This document shows positions 38,572-47,260 of a stretch of DNA of 64,000 nucleotides, piece after piece (position 1 is the stretch's first letter; each line of letters opens with the position of its first letter). Position numbers and translations under genes: made by a program. The stretch comes from an uncultured Gammaproteobacteria bacterium (GTDB lineage: Bacteria; Patescibacteriota; Microgenomatia; Levybacterales; GWA1-39-11): the NCBI GenBank assembly GCA_964511965.1, contig CAZEGF010000023.1:42887-106886 (forward strand). The letters run 5' to 3'. A model generated the notes under the pieces. It was not told the origin of the DNA. It made no database searches and was given only the letters and a program-made list of their open reading frames with translations.

Positions 38572-40224
38572 ATGAAACACTGGAAGTTTTTATCTCAGAA
38601 CTCAAAACTCATAACTCATAACTCGGTAGACGATATTTTAAATTTGTTACTTGCGAACAGAAATATCACTTCAAAAAAAGGGATTGAAACATTCTTAAAT
38701 CCCAATTTAAAAAAGACAGATTTAACTTCTTGTGGGATTGACGCGAAGGAGTTTAAGAAATTCAAAATAAGAATTGAAAAAGCGATCAAGAATGAAGAGA
38801 AAATAATAATTTTTGGCGACTATGACGTAGATGGTATTACGAGTTGCGCTATCCTTTGGGAAACTTTATATGCAAGAACAAAGTATGTTGTGCCATATAT
38901 TCCGGATAGAGCCGATGAGGGATACGGTCTTTCAAAAAAAGGAATCGAAAATGTTCTAAAAGAAAATCCAGACACAAAAATTATAATAACGGTTGATAAT
39001 GGAATAGTTGCATATGAAGCGGTTGATTTTGCCAATGAAAAAGGCATCGAGGTAATTATTACCGATCATCATGTCAAAGGGAAAAAACTACCAAAGGCAT
39101 TTTGCATAATTCACACTACATCACTTTGCGGAGGGGGAATCGCGTGGGTTCTTGCAAAAGAGTTAGCATTTCAAAGTAAAAAAGAAATAACTGAAAAATT
39201 AGAACTTGCAACACTTGCAACAATTGCAGATTTAGTTCCTTTGACAAATGATAACCGCGCAATAGTAAAAGAAGGACTTGAATTATTGAAAAAAACGCAA
39301 CGAGTGGGACTAATTGAACTTCTCAAAGAAGCAGGAATCAGTAATGAAACTCTAGGAGTGTATTCAATAGGACATGCTATAGCACCACGTCTTAATGCAA
39401 CCGGAAGAATTCAAAGTGCGATGAATGCATTGCGCCTACTATGCACAAGAGATCCCAAAAAAGCACGTGATTTAGCACAAATGCTAGGTGGTGTAAATCG
39501 TGACCGTCAGGGGTTAACTGAGGAGTCGGTAAATCACGCTAAACTTTTGGCTATAGAAAACAGTAGTCCCCATATAACAATTGTTTCAGACGCTTCATAC
39601 AACCAAGGAATCATTGGTCTTGTTGCCTCTCAACTTGTCGAAGTATATTACAAACCTGCTATTGCCATTGCTGTCGGAAGTGAAATTTCTAAAGGTTCTG
39701 CAAGATCAATTAGCGGGGTAAACATTATTGAACTTTTAAGAAGTGTTTCAGATACACTTCTTGAAACCGGTGGACACCCAATGGCAGCCGGTTTTAGTTT
39801 GGTGACTGAAAGAATTGAAGAATTTAAAATGGCTCTTGAGAAAAAGGCATCTGAAATAGTAACGGATGAATTACTTAAGAGATATTTAAATATTGATCTT
39901 ATGATCCCTTTCTCAATAATTTCAATGAAATTATATGATGAAATAGAAAAACTGGCACCTTATGGTATGGGAAATCCAGAGCCTGTATTTGCAACGGAAA
40001 AAGTTAATGTAGTTGAGTTAAGAAAGATTGGAAGAGAACAAAATCATCTAAAGTTGAAATTAGAATCGGATGGAAAAACATTTGATGCAGTGGCATTTAA
40101 AATGGCTGATAAAGTAGAACTTTCACAAGGGGACCTAATAGATGTTGCTTATGTAATTGACAAAAATGAATGGAATGGAAAGGTAAATCTTCAACTAAAA
40201 ATCAGGGATATAAAGCTAAGCTGA
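38572..40224 (+). CDS. recJ: Single-stranded-DNA-specific exonuclease RecJ
   Basis: DHH motifs (IIFGDYDVDGITS, ITDHH), DHHA1, and a C-terminal OB-like domain. The start is taken at the internal ATG at 38572 to avoid overlap with cca. Confidence 0.8.
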   Translation: MKHWKFLSQNSKLITHNSVDDILNLLLANRNITSKKGIETFLNPNLKKTDLTSCGIDAKEFKKFKIRIEKAIKNEEKIIIFGDYDVDGITSCAILWETLYARTKYVVPYIPDRADEGYGLSKKGIENVLKENPDTKIIITVDNGIVAYEAVDFANEKGIEVIITDHHVKGKKLPKAFCIIHTTSLCGGGIAWVLAKELAFQSKKEITEKLELATLATIADLVPLTNDNRAIVKEGLELLKKTQRVGLIELLKEAGISNETLGVYSIGHAIAPRLNATGRIQSAMNALRLLCTRDPKKARDLAQMLGGVNRDRQGLTEESVNHAKLLAIENSSPHITIVSDASYNQGIIGLVASQLVEVYYKPAIAIAVGSEISKGSARSISGVNIIELLRSVSDTLLETGGHPMAAGFSLVTERIEEFKMALEKKASEIVTDELLKRYLNIDLMIPFSIISMKLYDEIEKLAPYGMGNPEPVFATEKVNVVELRKIGREQNHLKLKLESDGKTFDAVAFKMADKVELSQGDLIDVAYVIDKNEWNGKVNLQLKIRDIKLS

Positions 40225-40470
40225 TTGTTCAACTAGCTCATTCTCTTTTGGTTTCGGAAGTGGGGAGTGTTTTATCTGAGGGAGATTCGGTTGACTTTGC
40301 TGAACTTCGATCCAATTATTAACCTCTTCTGTCGTAACAGTATTTCCAATTCCTCTTTTTGCAAGAGCTGCTCGATAAGCATCCGACTGTTCTTGAGTTG
40401 CCTCCTGTGCCTTCGGATTCATGGGTCTGTCGTATGGATCATCATAATCCACATTATCTATTCCAGACAT
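40216..40470 (-). CDS. Small hypothetical protein
   Basis: 84 aa, acidic N-terminus, no recognisable motif. Co-directional with 40495-40794. Confidence 0.3.
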   Translation of the reverse strand: MSGIDNVDYDDPYDRPMNPKAQEATQEQSDAYRAALAKRGIGNTVTTEEVNNWIEVQQSQPNLPQIKHSPLPKPKENELVEQSA

Positions 40471-40494
40471 ACAATCATTAAACCTGAATTAAGA

Positions 40495-40794
40495 TTATTT
40501 ATCAACTGATGCAGTAACACTTGAAGCAGTATTCATTCTTAATTCAAAATAATTTGATGGCAATGCTGTAAATGCCAAATGTTTTCTTTCATACAAAACT
40601 GTATCATGTGTTTTATCTGCTATTTCTTGATATTCATCAATTAATTTTTCAATTGTTTCATCAGGCAAGTTACCGGGTTGAATTATTGCATGTTTAATCG
40701 GTTTTTCCCAAGGCACATCTCCTTTTGCAAGAGGATTACATAATCCTTCACCTAAAGTTACCGTTTCAATTTGTGTTAATATTTCTCTTTTCAT
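40495..40794 (-). CDS. Small hypothetical protein downstream of the leader/terminator unit
   Basis: 99 aa. The ATG sits 12 nt after the U-tract of the minus-strand terminator. Confidence 0.35.
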   Translation of the reverse strand: MKREILTQIETVTLGEGLCNPLAKGDVPWEKPIKHAIIQPGNLPDETIEKLIDEYQEIADKTHDTVLYERKHLAFTALPSNYFELRMNTASSVTASVDK

Positions 40795-40805
40795 ATATTT
40801 TTACC

Positions 40806-40833
40806 AAAAAAAAACTCCCTCATGGAGGGAGTT
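40806..40833 (-). terminator. Intrinsic terminator on the minus strand: perfect 9-bp-stem hairpin AACTCCCTC-ATG-GAGGGAGTT followed by U9
   Basis: The palindrome at 40813-40833 plus the A9 run on the plus strand (40806-40814) makes a T/U-run 3' of the hairpin on the minus strand. Confidence 0.55.
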
Positions 40834-40916
40834 CGCGTATTGCACACACGGACTCCCTAAGGGGTAATACCCTTAAAGGAGTTTCTATTCATGGCCACGT
40901 GCAAATTTTTCATTTC
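40806..40916 (-). ncRNA. Candidate ~110-nt structured leader or sRNA (two hairpins with alternative pairing), transcribed from the promoter at 40923-40951
   Basis: Bounded by a consensus promoter and a strong terminator. HP1 is at 40852-40882, HP2 at 40813-40833. HP1's 3' arm (AGGGAGU) can pair with HP2's 5' arm (ACUCCCU). Not matched to any known RNA family. Confidence 0.35.
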
Positions 40917-40922
40917 AAATTC

Positions 40923-40951
40923 ATTATAATAATTCATTTTTTCCATGTCAA
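40923..40951 (-). promoter_or_regulatory. Consensus sigma70 promoter TTGACA-N17-TATAAT on the minus strand
   Basis: The minus strand reads TTGACA (40951-40946), a 17-nt spacer, then TATAAT (40928-40923). Confidence 0.5.
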
Positions 40952-40990
40952 GCTATATTTTGAAGCAAAATATGATATGATACAGCTAAT

Positions 40991-42337
40991 ATGCAAAATC
41001 GTGTTTTAACCGGTGAGGTGGTCAATAAAGTGGGTGAAACCGTCCTAATTTGTGGATGGATAGAGCGGGTACGATCCCATGGAAAAATAGCATTTTTTGA
41101 TATCCGGGATCGGGGCGGAGTCCTTCAAGTAGTTGCAGCAACTCCAGAGACTGTTGTATCAACCGAGGATTTATCAGTCCAGAGTGTCGTAAAAATTACC
41201 GGTACAGTAAAAGAACGTGGTGAGCGGTATGTCAATCCGAATATCCCATTAGGAAAAGTCGAAATTGAATTGACCCAACCGGTTGAGATCATTTCAAAAG
41301 CAGAGGAAATGCCTTTTGATATGGGAGGTACTGAGCTAAATTTACAGCTGCCTACCTTACTTGATTTTCGGACGCTAACACTTCGTAACCAAAAAATTGC
41401 TGACATTTTCCGTGTACAAGCAGAAGTTCTGAATGGGTTTCGTAAAGCTGCATCAGATATTGGAGCTATTGAGATAGTTGTACCAACAATTTCAGCGTCA
41501 GCTACCGAAGGTGGAGCAGAAGTTTTTCCAGTGAAATATTATGATTACGACGCATATCTAACACAGAGTCCACAATTGTATAAGCAAATGATGGTTCCTG
41601 TTTTTGAAAGAGTTTATACGATAGCACATGCTTATAGAGCAGAACCATCAGTCACAACTCGCCATCTTTCCGAAAACACTCAAATGGATATGGAAATAGG
41701 TTTTGTTGAGTTTACTGAGTTATTGGATATTTTGGAAGATGTAATTGTAAACACGTTAAAATACGCCCAAGAAAAAACCGGTGACATTTTGAAGGAATAT
41801 GGAATTTCTGAGATTGCTTTTGGTAATATCCCACGTCTAAAACTTTCAGAAGCTCAGGAAATCATCTTTAAAGAATTTGGCCGTGACTCTCGTGGAGAGA
41901 AAGATCTCGCACCTCAGGATGAAATAGATATCTGTAAATGGGCTCATGAAAAACATGGATCTGACCTTGTAACAATTACCCATTTTCCAACAAAGAAAAG
42001 AGCATTTTATACTATGCCCGATCCAATGGAGCCAGAAAATTCACTATCTTTTGATATTCTTTTTCGTGGTGTTGAAATATCAAGTGGAAGTCAAAGAATT
42101 CATGAATACGCAAAGATTTTGGAAGCTATAAAGGATCGTGGCATGGATCCAAAGAATTTTGCACTGTATCTTCAGGCATTTGAATACGGAATGCCTCCGG
42201 AAGGTGGTTTTTCATTCGGACTTGAGCGTATAACGATGCACATATTAGGACTTGCTAACGTGCGTGAAGCTTCTCTTTTCCCAAGAGATATGGAGCGAAT
42301 AGATGAAAGACTCTCAATCCTTGCCCAAAAAAAATAA
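40991..42337 (+). CDS. aspS: Aspartyl-tRNA synthetase, archaeal/eukaryal-type class IIb (AsnRS not fully excluded)
   Basis: 448 aa with an N-terminal OB fold. Class II motifs (FRAEPS...RHL, GGFSFGLER). No bacterial-type insertion domain. Confidence 0.6.
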   Translation: MQNRVLTGEVVNKVGETVLICGWIERVRSHGKIAFFDIRDRGGVLQVVAATPETVVSTEDLSVQSVVKITGTVKERGERYVNPNIPLGKVEIELTQPVEIISKAEEMPFDMGGTELNLQLPTLLDFRTLTLRNQKIADIFRVQAEVLNGFRKAASDIGAIEIVVPTISASATEGGAEVFPVKYYDYDAYLTQSPQLYKQMMVPVFERVYTIAHAYRAEPSVTTRHLSENTQMDMEIGFVEFTELLDILEDVIVNTLKYAQEKTGDILKEYGISEIAFGNIPRLKLSEAQEIIFKEFGRDSRGEKDLAPQDEIDICKWAHEKHGSDLVTITHFPTKKRAFYTMPDPMEPENSLSFDILFRGVEISSGSQRIHEYAKILEAIKDRGMDPKNFALYLQAFEYGMPPEGGFSFGLERITMHILGLANVREASLFPRDMERIDERLSILAQKK

Positions 42338-43262
42338 ATCAAAAAAAACTCTTCCAAAAACACACATTTTCGACTTTGCGATAATACTTTTGCTTTTGGA
42401 TATAGCTTCTGTTGCGCTTGTGGTTTTTTATATACATAAAATAAATTCTTATTCTATTCCAAAGTCATCGAATCAGTATTTAAAAGTTACACAAATCCCA
42501 CTGTCTTCAGATCTTAATTCAATTAACGCCAGCGCAGAAGCATACGTTGTTTATGATCCATCGACTAGAAGTGTCGTAGCTGGCAAAAATCAAAATCTCA
42601 GATTCTCTCCTGCTTCAACTGCAAAAGTTATGACTGCTGTCCTTGCAATTGAATATTACAATTTAGACCAATACCTGACCGTACCCGATGATATTTATTC
42701 GGTTCAGGGTTCCAAAATGAATCTCGTACCTGGAGAGGAACTTACAGTGAGGGATCTACTGTATGGAATGCTACTTCCATCCGGAAATGATGCTGCTTAC
42801 ACACTTGCATATAACTATCCTGGAGGAATAGAAGGTTTTGTTGCAAAGATGAATAAAAGAGCCAGGGACCTTGGGCTTTCTAATACATATTTTGCAGACC
42901 CGGCAGGTTTTGAAGATGGAAATTACACGACAGGAGCAGAGCTTGCCCGACTTGGAGCATTTGCTATGCAAAAAGATTTTTTTAGAGAGGTAGTTAAAAC
43001 CAGGACGATAGATGTTAATAATAGAGCTTTTAATCATAAATTCCATTTGGTAAATCTTAATGAACTGCTCCAATTTGATAATGTTTTAGGTATAAAAACA
43101 GGCTATACAAATGAAGCAGGGGGTGTTCTCCTTACAGCAATTGCTAAAAATGGCAAATTATTAATAGTTGCAGTTCTTAAAAGCCAAGATAGATTTTCAG
43201 ATACAAAAGATATAATGAATTTTATACAAGAAAAAGTAGATTTTTCATACCCGGAAAATTAA
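42303..43262 (+). CDS. D-alanyl-D-alanine carboxypeptidase (peptidase S11, PBP5/DacA-like)
   Basis: SxxK (SPASTAK), SxN (SGND), KTG (KTGYT), and an N-terminal TM anchor. Confidence 0.75.
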   Translation: MKDSQSLPKKNKSKKTLPKTHIFDFAIILLLLDIASVALVVFYIHKINSYSIPKSSNQYLKVTQIPLSSDLNSINASAEAYVVYDPSTRSVVAGKNQNLRFSPASTAKVMTAVLAIEYYNLDQYLTVPDDIYSVQGSKMNLVPGEELTVRDLLYGMLLPSGNDAAYTLAYNYPGGIEGFVAKMNKRARDLGLSNTYFADPAGFEDGNYTTGAELARLGAFAMQKDFFREVVKTRTIDVNNRAFNHKFHLVNLNELLQFDNVLGIKTGYTNEAGGVLLTAIAKNGKLLIVAVLKSQDRFSDTKDIMNFIQEKVDFSYPEN

Positions 43263-44296
43263 TTTTCTAAAGAAGAGGCGGGTATGGCTTCAACATAAGC
43301 AGTAAAGTTGATTCCGGTAAATACAATAATTGGTAGCAGATATTCACTACTTTCACGATTTAAATAATATTTCAGTTCTACATTTGTAATATCTACATTT
43401 GTTAAATTTTGTGGATTTATCATATATGCATTTCCGGACTTTAAATCTTCAAGGGCAGCAGTAGCCGATTTTACCGGGTAATCACTTGATTTAGTTAAAT
43501 CCGGCTCATGGTTATAAAATTCTCCTTCTAGAATTTGAAAACTTGATCCTGGATAAGAAACAACAAATTTGATCTGCGAATCATTTGGGTTATCGTATAC
43601 AATTGGCAATGAGTCAACATCTTTTTGTGCTAACGAAACTCTAGCATATTTTGCGCTACCTAAATTTTGAGCAGTAATTAGATTTGTTCCCTGCATTTGC
43701 AAATACTCAATTTTTGTTTTATCCATATCAATATCTGCGACATTAGCATTTAAAGTTTGTAAAAACCCGCCTATATCGGATTTAATACTATCTTCAGATG
43801 GCATAAGATTGGTTGATGCAAGGGCTGGGTTTTGTAAATAATTTGAAGAAATTGTGAAGTTTTTTGTAACTATATCATATCTTAAAATGGCTCCACTTTT
43901 GGGTTGTGTCCACTGATAAAGAGTGTCTGTTATTTTTGTTTGGTTATCAATAAAATTAGCAGAATCAACAGTATGTTTTGCAGTGTCTAGTGCAAGCAAA
44001 TTCGGTTCCGGATGTATAAGCTTATATACATTAACTTTTGTTGGAAGACTTGGGAGATTACCATCAACAGTATTTACAGTAAATTGAATTCCGGTTGTGC
44101 CTTGTGAGGGGAACTTAATATGGGGTAACTTGCCAAGAGCTTCTTTTGGTGGAGAAGGGGGTTTTGGAAAAAAAATATTTCTAAAAAGTACTCCTCCTTG
44201 AACGAAGATATAAATAAGAAGAAGAATACCGGCACCAATTCCACCAACTTTTAGAATTATTCTACTGTCTTTTGTAACTGTTACAAGATTGGCCAT
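43259..44296 (-). CDS. N-terminally anchored extracytoplasmic hypothetical protein
   Basis: One TM helix (GGIGAGILLLIYIFV) followed by a ~300-aa domain. It converges on and overlaps the carboxypeptidase gene by 4 nt. Confidence 0.4.
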   Translation of the reverse strand: MANLVTVTKDSRIILKVGGIGAGILLLIYIFVQGGVLFRNIFFPKPPSPPKEALGKLPHIKFPSQGTTGIQFTVNTVDGNLPSLPTKVNVYKLIHPEPNLLALDTAKHTVDSANFIDNQTKITDTLYQWTQPKSGAILRYDIVTKNFTISSNYLQNPALASTNLMPSEDSIKSDIGGFLQTLNANVADIDMDKTKIEYLQMQGTNLITAQNLGSAKYARVSLAQKDVDSLPIVYDNPNDSQIKFVVSYPGSSFQILEGEFYNHEPDLTKSSDYPVKSATAALEDLKSGNAYMINPQNLTNVDITNVELKYYLNRESSEYLLPIIVFTGINFTAYVEAIPASSLEN

Positions 44297-44346
44297 ATTT
44301 TGAGCTATATTGAGTATATTGAAATATTACGCTAGAATGCAATAGT

Positions 44347-45561
44347 ATGGATTCAAAAATAAAAGTCCGTTTTGCGCCAAGTCCTACCGGAATTCTTCAT
44401 GTCGGTGGAATAAGAACTGCTTTATTTAATTATTTCTTCGCTAGATCGAAGCAAGGTGAATTTGTTTTAAGAAATGAGGATACCGATCAAGCACGAAAAG
44501 TTGAGGGATCGGTAGAAGCTACTCTTGAATCATTGAAATGGCTTGGAGCTGATTGGGATGATTTTGTAACTCAATCTGAAAGATTGGACGAATATAGAAA
44601 TTATGCGAATCAACTTTTAGAAAAAGGACATGCTCGTGAGGAAGAAGGAGCTGTTCGTTTTATAACACCAAAGGAAGGAACAACTAAATGGCATGATTTG
44701 ATTGGAGATAAAGATATATCTTTTGAAAATAGTGACATTGAAGATTTTATAATTTTAAAAAAAGATGGTTATCCAACATACCATTTAGCAAACGTAATTG
44801 ACGATCATTTAATGGGAATATCCCATGTCATCCGTGGTGAAGACTGGATTCCGTCTGCTCCCAAGCATCTCATGCTTTATGAAGCATTCGGGTGGATTCC
44901 ACCGCAATTTGCACATGTACCTAATGTGATGGGAACCGATGGCAAAAAATTATCAAAGAGAAGAGGAGCTAAAAGTGTTTTGGATTTTAAAAACGAAGGA
45001 TACTTGTCAGAAGCACTGTTGAATTATTTAATGCTACTTGGATGGTCTCCTAAAAACGATCGCGAAGTATTATCAAGAGATGAAATAGAAAAAGAATTTT
45101 CTCTTGAAAGGGTAAATTCAGCGCCCGCTATTTTTGATGAGAGAAAATTGTTATGGATGAATGGGGAATACATAAGAAGAACTCCGATCTCAAATCTCAA
45201 ATCTCAAATTCTAGAAATAAACCCCGAATTAGGAGATTTAGATCAAGAATTGATAGACAAACTTTTGGTTCCTGCGCAAACACGAATGAAAAAACTCATT
45301 GAGTTTAAAGATTATGTTTTGCCTTTTATAAATCCTGTAACAACCAAAAGTCCCCTTCTTAATAGACTTGGAAATGCATTGGAAACAGTTATGGATTGGA
45401 ATAACGATAAAATTATGGAAGTAATAGTGTCATTTTTGCAAAATGAAAATGTAAAATACCCGCAAATCTATCAGGATTTAATTGGACAAAAACAAGGGCT
45501 TCCACTGGGTGAGGTTTTTGTTATTTTAGGAAAAGAAAAAACATTAACACTCTTGAAGTAG
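44347..45561 (+). CDS. gltX: Glutamyl-tRNA synthetase (compact 404-aa form)
   Basis: HIGH-type motif (PSPTGILHVGG) and KLSKR (KMSKS). A TTGAGT-N17-TAGAAT promoter ends 8 nt before the ATG, consistent with a leaderless mRNA. Confidence 0.8.
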   Translation: MDSKIKVRFAPSPTGILHVGGIRTALFNYFFARSKQGEFVLRNEDTDQARKVEGSVEATLESLKWLGADWDDFVTQSERLDEYRNYANQLLEKGHAREEEGAVRFITPKEGTTKWHDLIGDKDISFENSDIEDFIILKKDGYPTYHLANVIDDHLMGISHVIRGEDWIPSAPKHLMLYEAFGWIPPQFAHVPNVMGTDGKKLSKRRGAKSVLDFKNEGYLSEALLNYLMLLGWSPKNDREVLSRDEIEKEFSLERVNSAPAIFDERKLLWMNGEYIRRTPISNLKSQILEINPELGDLDQELIDKLLVPAQTRMKKLIEFKDYVLPFINPVTTKSPLLNRLGNALETVMDWNNDKIMEVIVSFLQNENVKYPQIYQDLIGQKQGLPLGEVFVILGKEKTLTLLK

Positions 45562-45587
45562 CATATTTATTCCTATATCCTTAATTA

Positions 45588-46169
45588 ATGAAGCTTTTGG
45601 CAAATATCGTAGCTTACACTTTGCATCCTGTAACTCTCACAATACCAGCTGTTTTTTTGATTGTTTTTATCTCTACTCATAACGCAAATCTTGCTTTCTA
45701 TTGGACTTTTGTCTCATTAGTATTTACAGGAGTAATTTCCACTTTTGTTTTGTTTGGTGTGAAAAAAGGATTTTTTAATAACATTGACGTTTCAAATAGA
45801 AAACAAAGAATTATCCTTTATCCGGTCGTGATTATAGTTGTGTTGTTGTTTGGCTTTATTGTTTATTCTCTCAATGGACCCAGATTGTTAGTATATGCGA
45901 GTTGTATGTTTGTTGCAGCTTTAATACTTTTTGATGTTGTTAATACGAAGATTAAAGCAAGCATTCATGTGGCATCTGTTGCATCACTTGTGACCGGGGT
46001 AGTCTATCATTATGGTGGAATTTCTTATCTTCTGATATTCTTAATTCCTCTTATGGCCTGGGCAAGAATCAAAGAAAAAAGACACACTCTTCGTGAAACT
46101 ATTGTTGGGGGTATTATGGGTACTGTATTTTCATTTATTGCTATTTATATAGTACAATTTATCCGATGA
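45588..46169 (+). CDS. Five-TM membrane protein, hypothetical
   Basis: 193 aa and hydrophobic. It overlaps the dgkA start by 4 nt. Confidence 0.35.
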   Translation: MKLLANIVAYTLHPVTLTIPAVFLIVFISTHNANLAFYWTFVSLVFTGVISTFVLFGVKKGFFNNIDVSNRKQRIILYPVVIIVVLLFGFIVYSLNGPRLLVYASCMFVAALILFDVVNTKIKASIHVASVASLVTGVVYHYGGISYLLIFLIPLMAWARIKEKRHTLRETIVGGIMGTVFSFIAIYIVQFIR

Positions 46170-46537
46170 ATATAAAAAAATTTATCAGATCTTTTGGTTT
46201 TGCTATTGAGGGTTTGAAGTTGGCAGTAATGGTGGATCAGAATGTTAGATTTCATCTTATTGTCGGAATTTTGGTTTTTATAACCGCTATACTTTTGAAG
46301 GCCTCCAAATCGGATCTTCTTTTCGTCATTTTTGCTATCTTTTTTGTTGTTATAACTGAAATGATAAATACAGCAATCGAGGAAATGACCAATCTGATAT
46401 TGAAGGAACATAGTCAGGAAGCAAAGATCGCAAAAGATGTTGCTGCCGGTGCGGTTTTACTTGCTGCAACTTTTGCAGTAATCGTTGGATTTGCCGTACT
46501 CGTTCCAAAACTTCTAATTCTTTTCGCGAGTCTGTGA
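46166..46537 (+). CDS. dgkA: Diacylglycerol/undecaprenol kinase DgkA family
   Basis: 123 aa, three TM helices, and the EMINTAIEEMTN motif typical of DgkA. Confidence 0.7.
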   Translation: MNIKKFIRSFGFAIEGLKLAVMVDQNVRFHLIVGILVFITAILLKASKSDLLFVIFAIFFVVITEMINTAIEEMTNLILKEHSQEAKIAKDVAAGAVLLAATFAVIVGFAVLVPKLLILFASL

Positions 46538-46694
46538 ATGTCAGTGTGTTAGAGCCAAAATTTCAGATAGTTTTTTACCTTTTGTGTTGTGAAGATAAAC
46601 AAACAGGCAAAAAAGTCATTGCATGTAGTTAGTTCTTTTCTCTAGTCTGAGAATGTCCGTGTGTTAGAGCTAGTATTTCGGACAGCTTTTTTAC
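46518..46694 (+). repeat. ~61-bp direct repeat, copy 1 at 46518-46578 and copy 2 at 46633-46694 (~82% identical), each ending in a T6 run
   Basis: Copy 1 covers the dgkA 3' end and stop. Copy 2 covers the 3' end of the convergent DUF3467-like gene and contains a 6-bp stem TGTCCG...CGGACA followed by T6. Confidence 0.7.
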
Positions 46695-46895
46695 AAATTT
46701 GTGTGCGTGATCACGGCTCATGCCAATACGTGACACAACTTGAAGTTGGTTGGAATTTCCTACTTTTTGACAAATATCAAAAGTTACTCCGTCGTCATTC
46801 ACATTCATAAATATAGTATCCGTATAAAGAATATTTACTTTCTCAGGATTTAAATTTATTTGAAATTGTTGATCGTCTTTTGTTGCCATGTACAC
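46629..46895 (-). CDS. Small soluble protein (DUF3467-like)
   Basis: 88 aa. The family call is from memory and uncertain. Confidence 0.4.
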   Translation of the reverse strand: MYMATKDDQQFQINLNPEKVNILYTDTIFMNVNDDGVTFDICQKVGNSNQLQVVSRIGMSRDHAHKFVKKLSEILALTHGHSQTREKN

Positions 46896-46900
46896 CCCCT

Positions 46901-47224
46901 TTACCTAATAGAACTACCTGCCTCCACCTCTTTAATTGGCGAAATAAGTGTTATATTTTCAAGATCATCACCTGTTGCGAGTATCATACCTTGGCTTTCT
47001 TCTCCCATCATCATTCTTGGCTCTAAATTAACAATTGCTACAAGCTCACGTCCAACAATGTCCTCAGGTGTATAGCTTTTCCCAATTCCCGAAAGTATTT
47101 GTCTTTCTTCGTTTCCGATATTAACTTTCAAACGCAACAATTTTTCAGACCCATCCATTCTTGTTGCTTCAAGTACTTTAACAATTTTTATATCAAGTTT
47201 TGCAAAATCGTCAATTGTAGCCAT
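46901..47224 (-). CDS. tRNA-binding domain protein (CsaA/Trbp111/EMAP-II-like OB fold)
   Basis: KIVKV...GSEKLLRLKVNIG...RQILSGI...Y.PE.IVGR.LVAIVNLEPR is the canonical tRNA-binding-domain pattern. Confidence 0.7.
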   Translation of the reverse strand: MATIDDFAKLDIKIVKVLEATRMDGSEKLLRLKVNIGNEERQILSGIGKSYTPEDIVGRELVAIVNLEPRMMMGEESQGMILATGDDLENITLISPIKEVEAGSSIR

Positions 47225-47260
47225 GGTGTAATGTTATGCTATAGCTCGCAAGTACTAAAG

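Noticed and set aside
38578-38620. Tandem heptamers CTCAGAA|CTCAAAA|CTCATAA|CTCATAA|CTCGGTA
   Set aside because: They lie inside the RecJ N-terminal coding region (encoding SQNSKLITHNS) once the start is placed at 38572, so they are probably a coding coincidence rather than a regulatory array.
40991-41100. T-box or other leader upstream of aspS or gltX
   Set aside because: Both synthetase genes have promoters abutting the start codon (leaderless geometry). The structured RNA in the aspS upstream spacer is on the opposite strand and faces away.
44297-44346. Shine-Dalgarno motifs upstream of start codons
   Set aside because: Essentially none are found. Start-site choices were made by homology and overlap avoidance rather than RBS strength.
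45181-45215. TCTCAAA x3 tandem repeat
   Set aside because: It lies inside gltX, in frame (ISNLKSQILEI), and has no intergenic counterpart.
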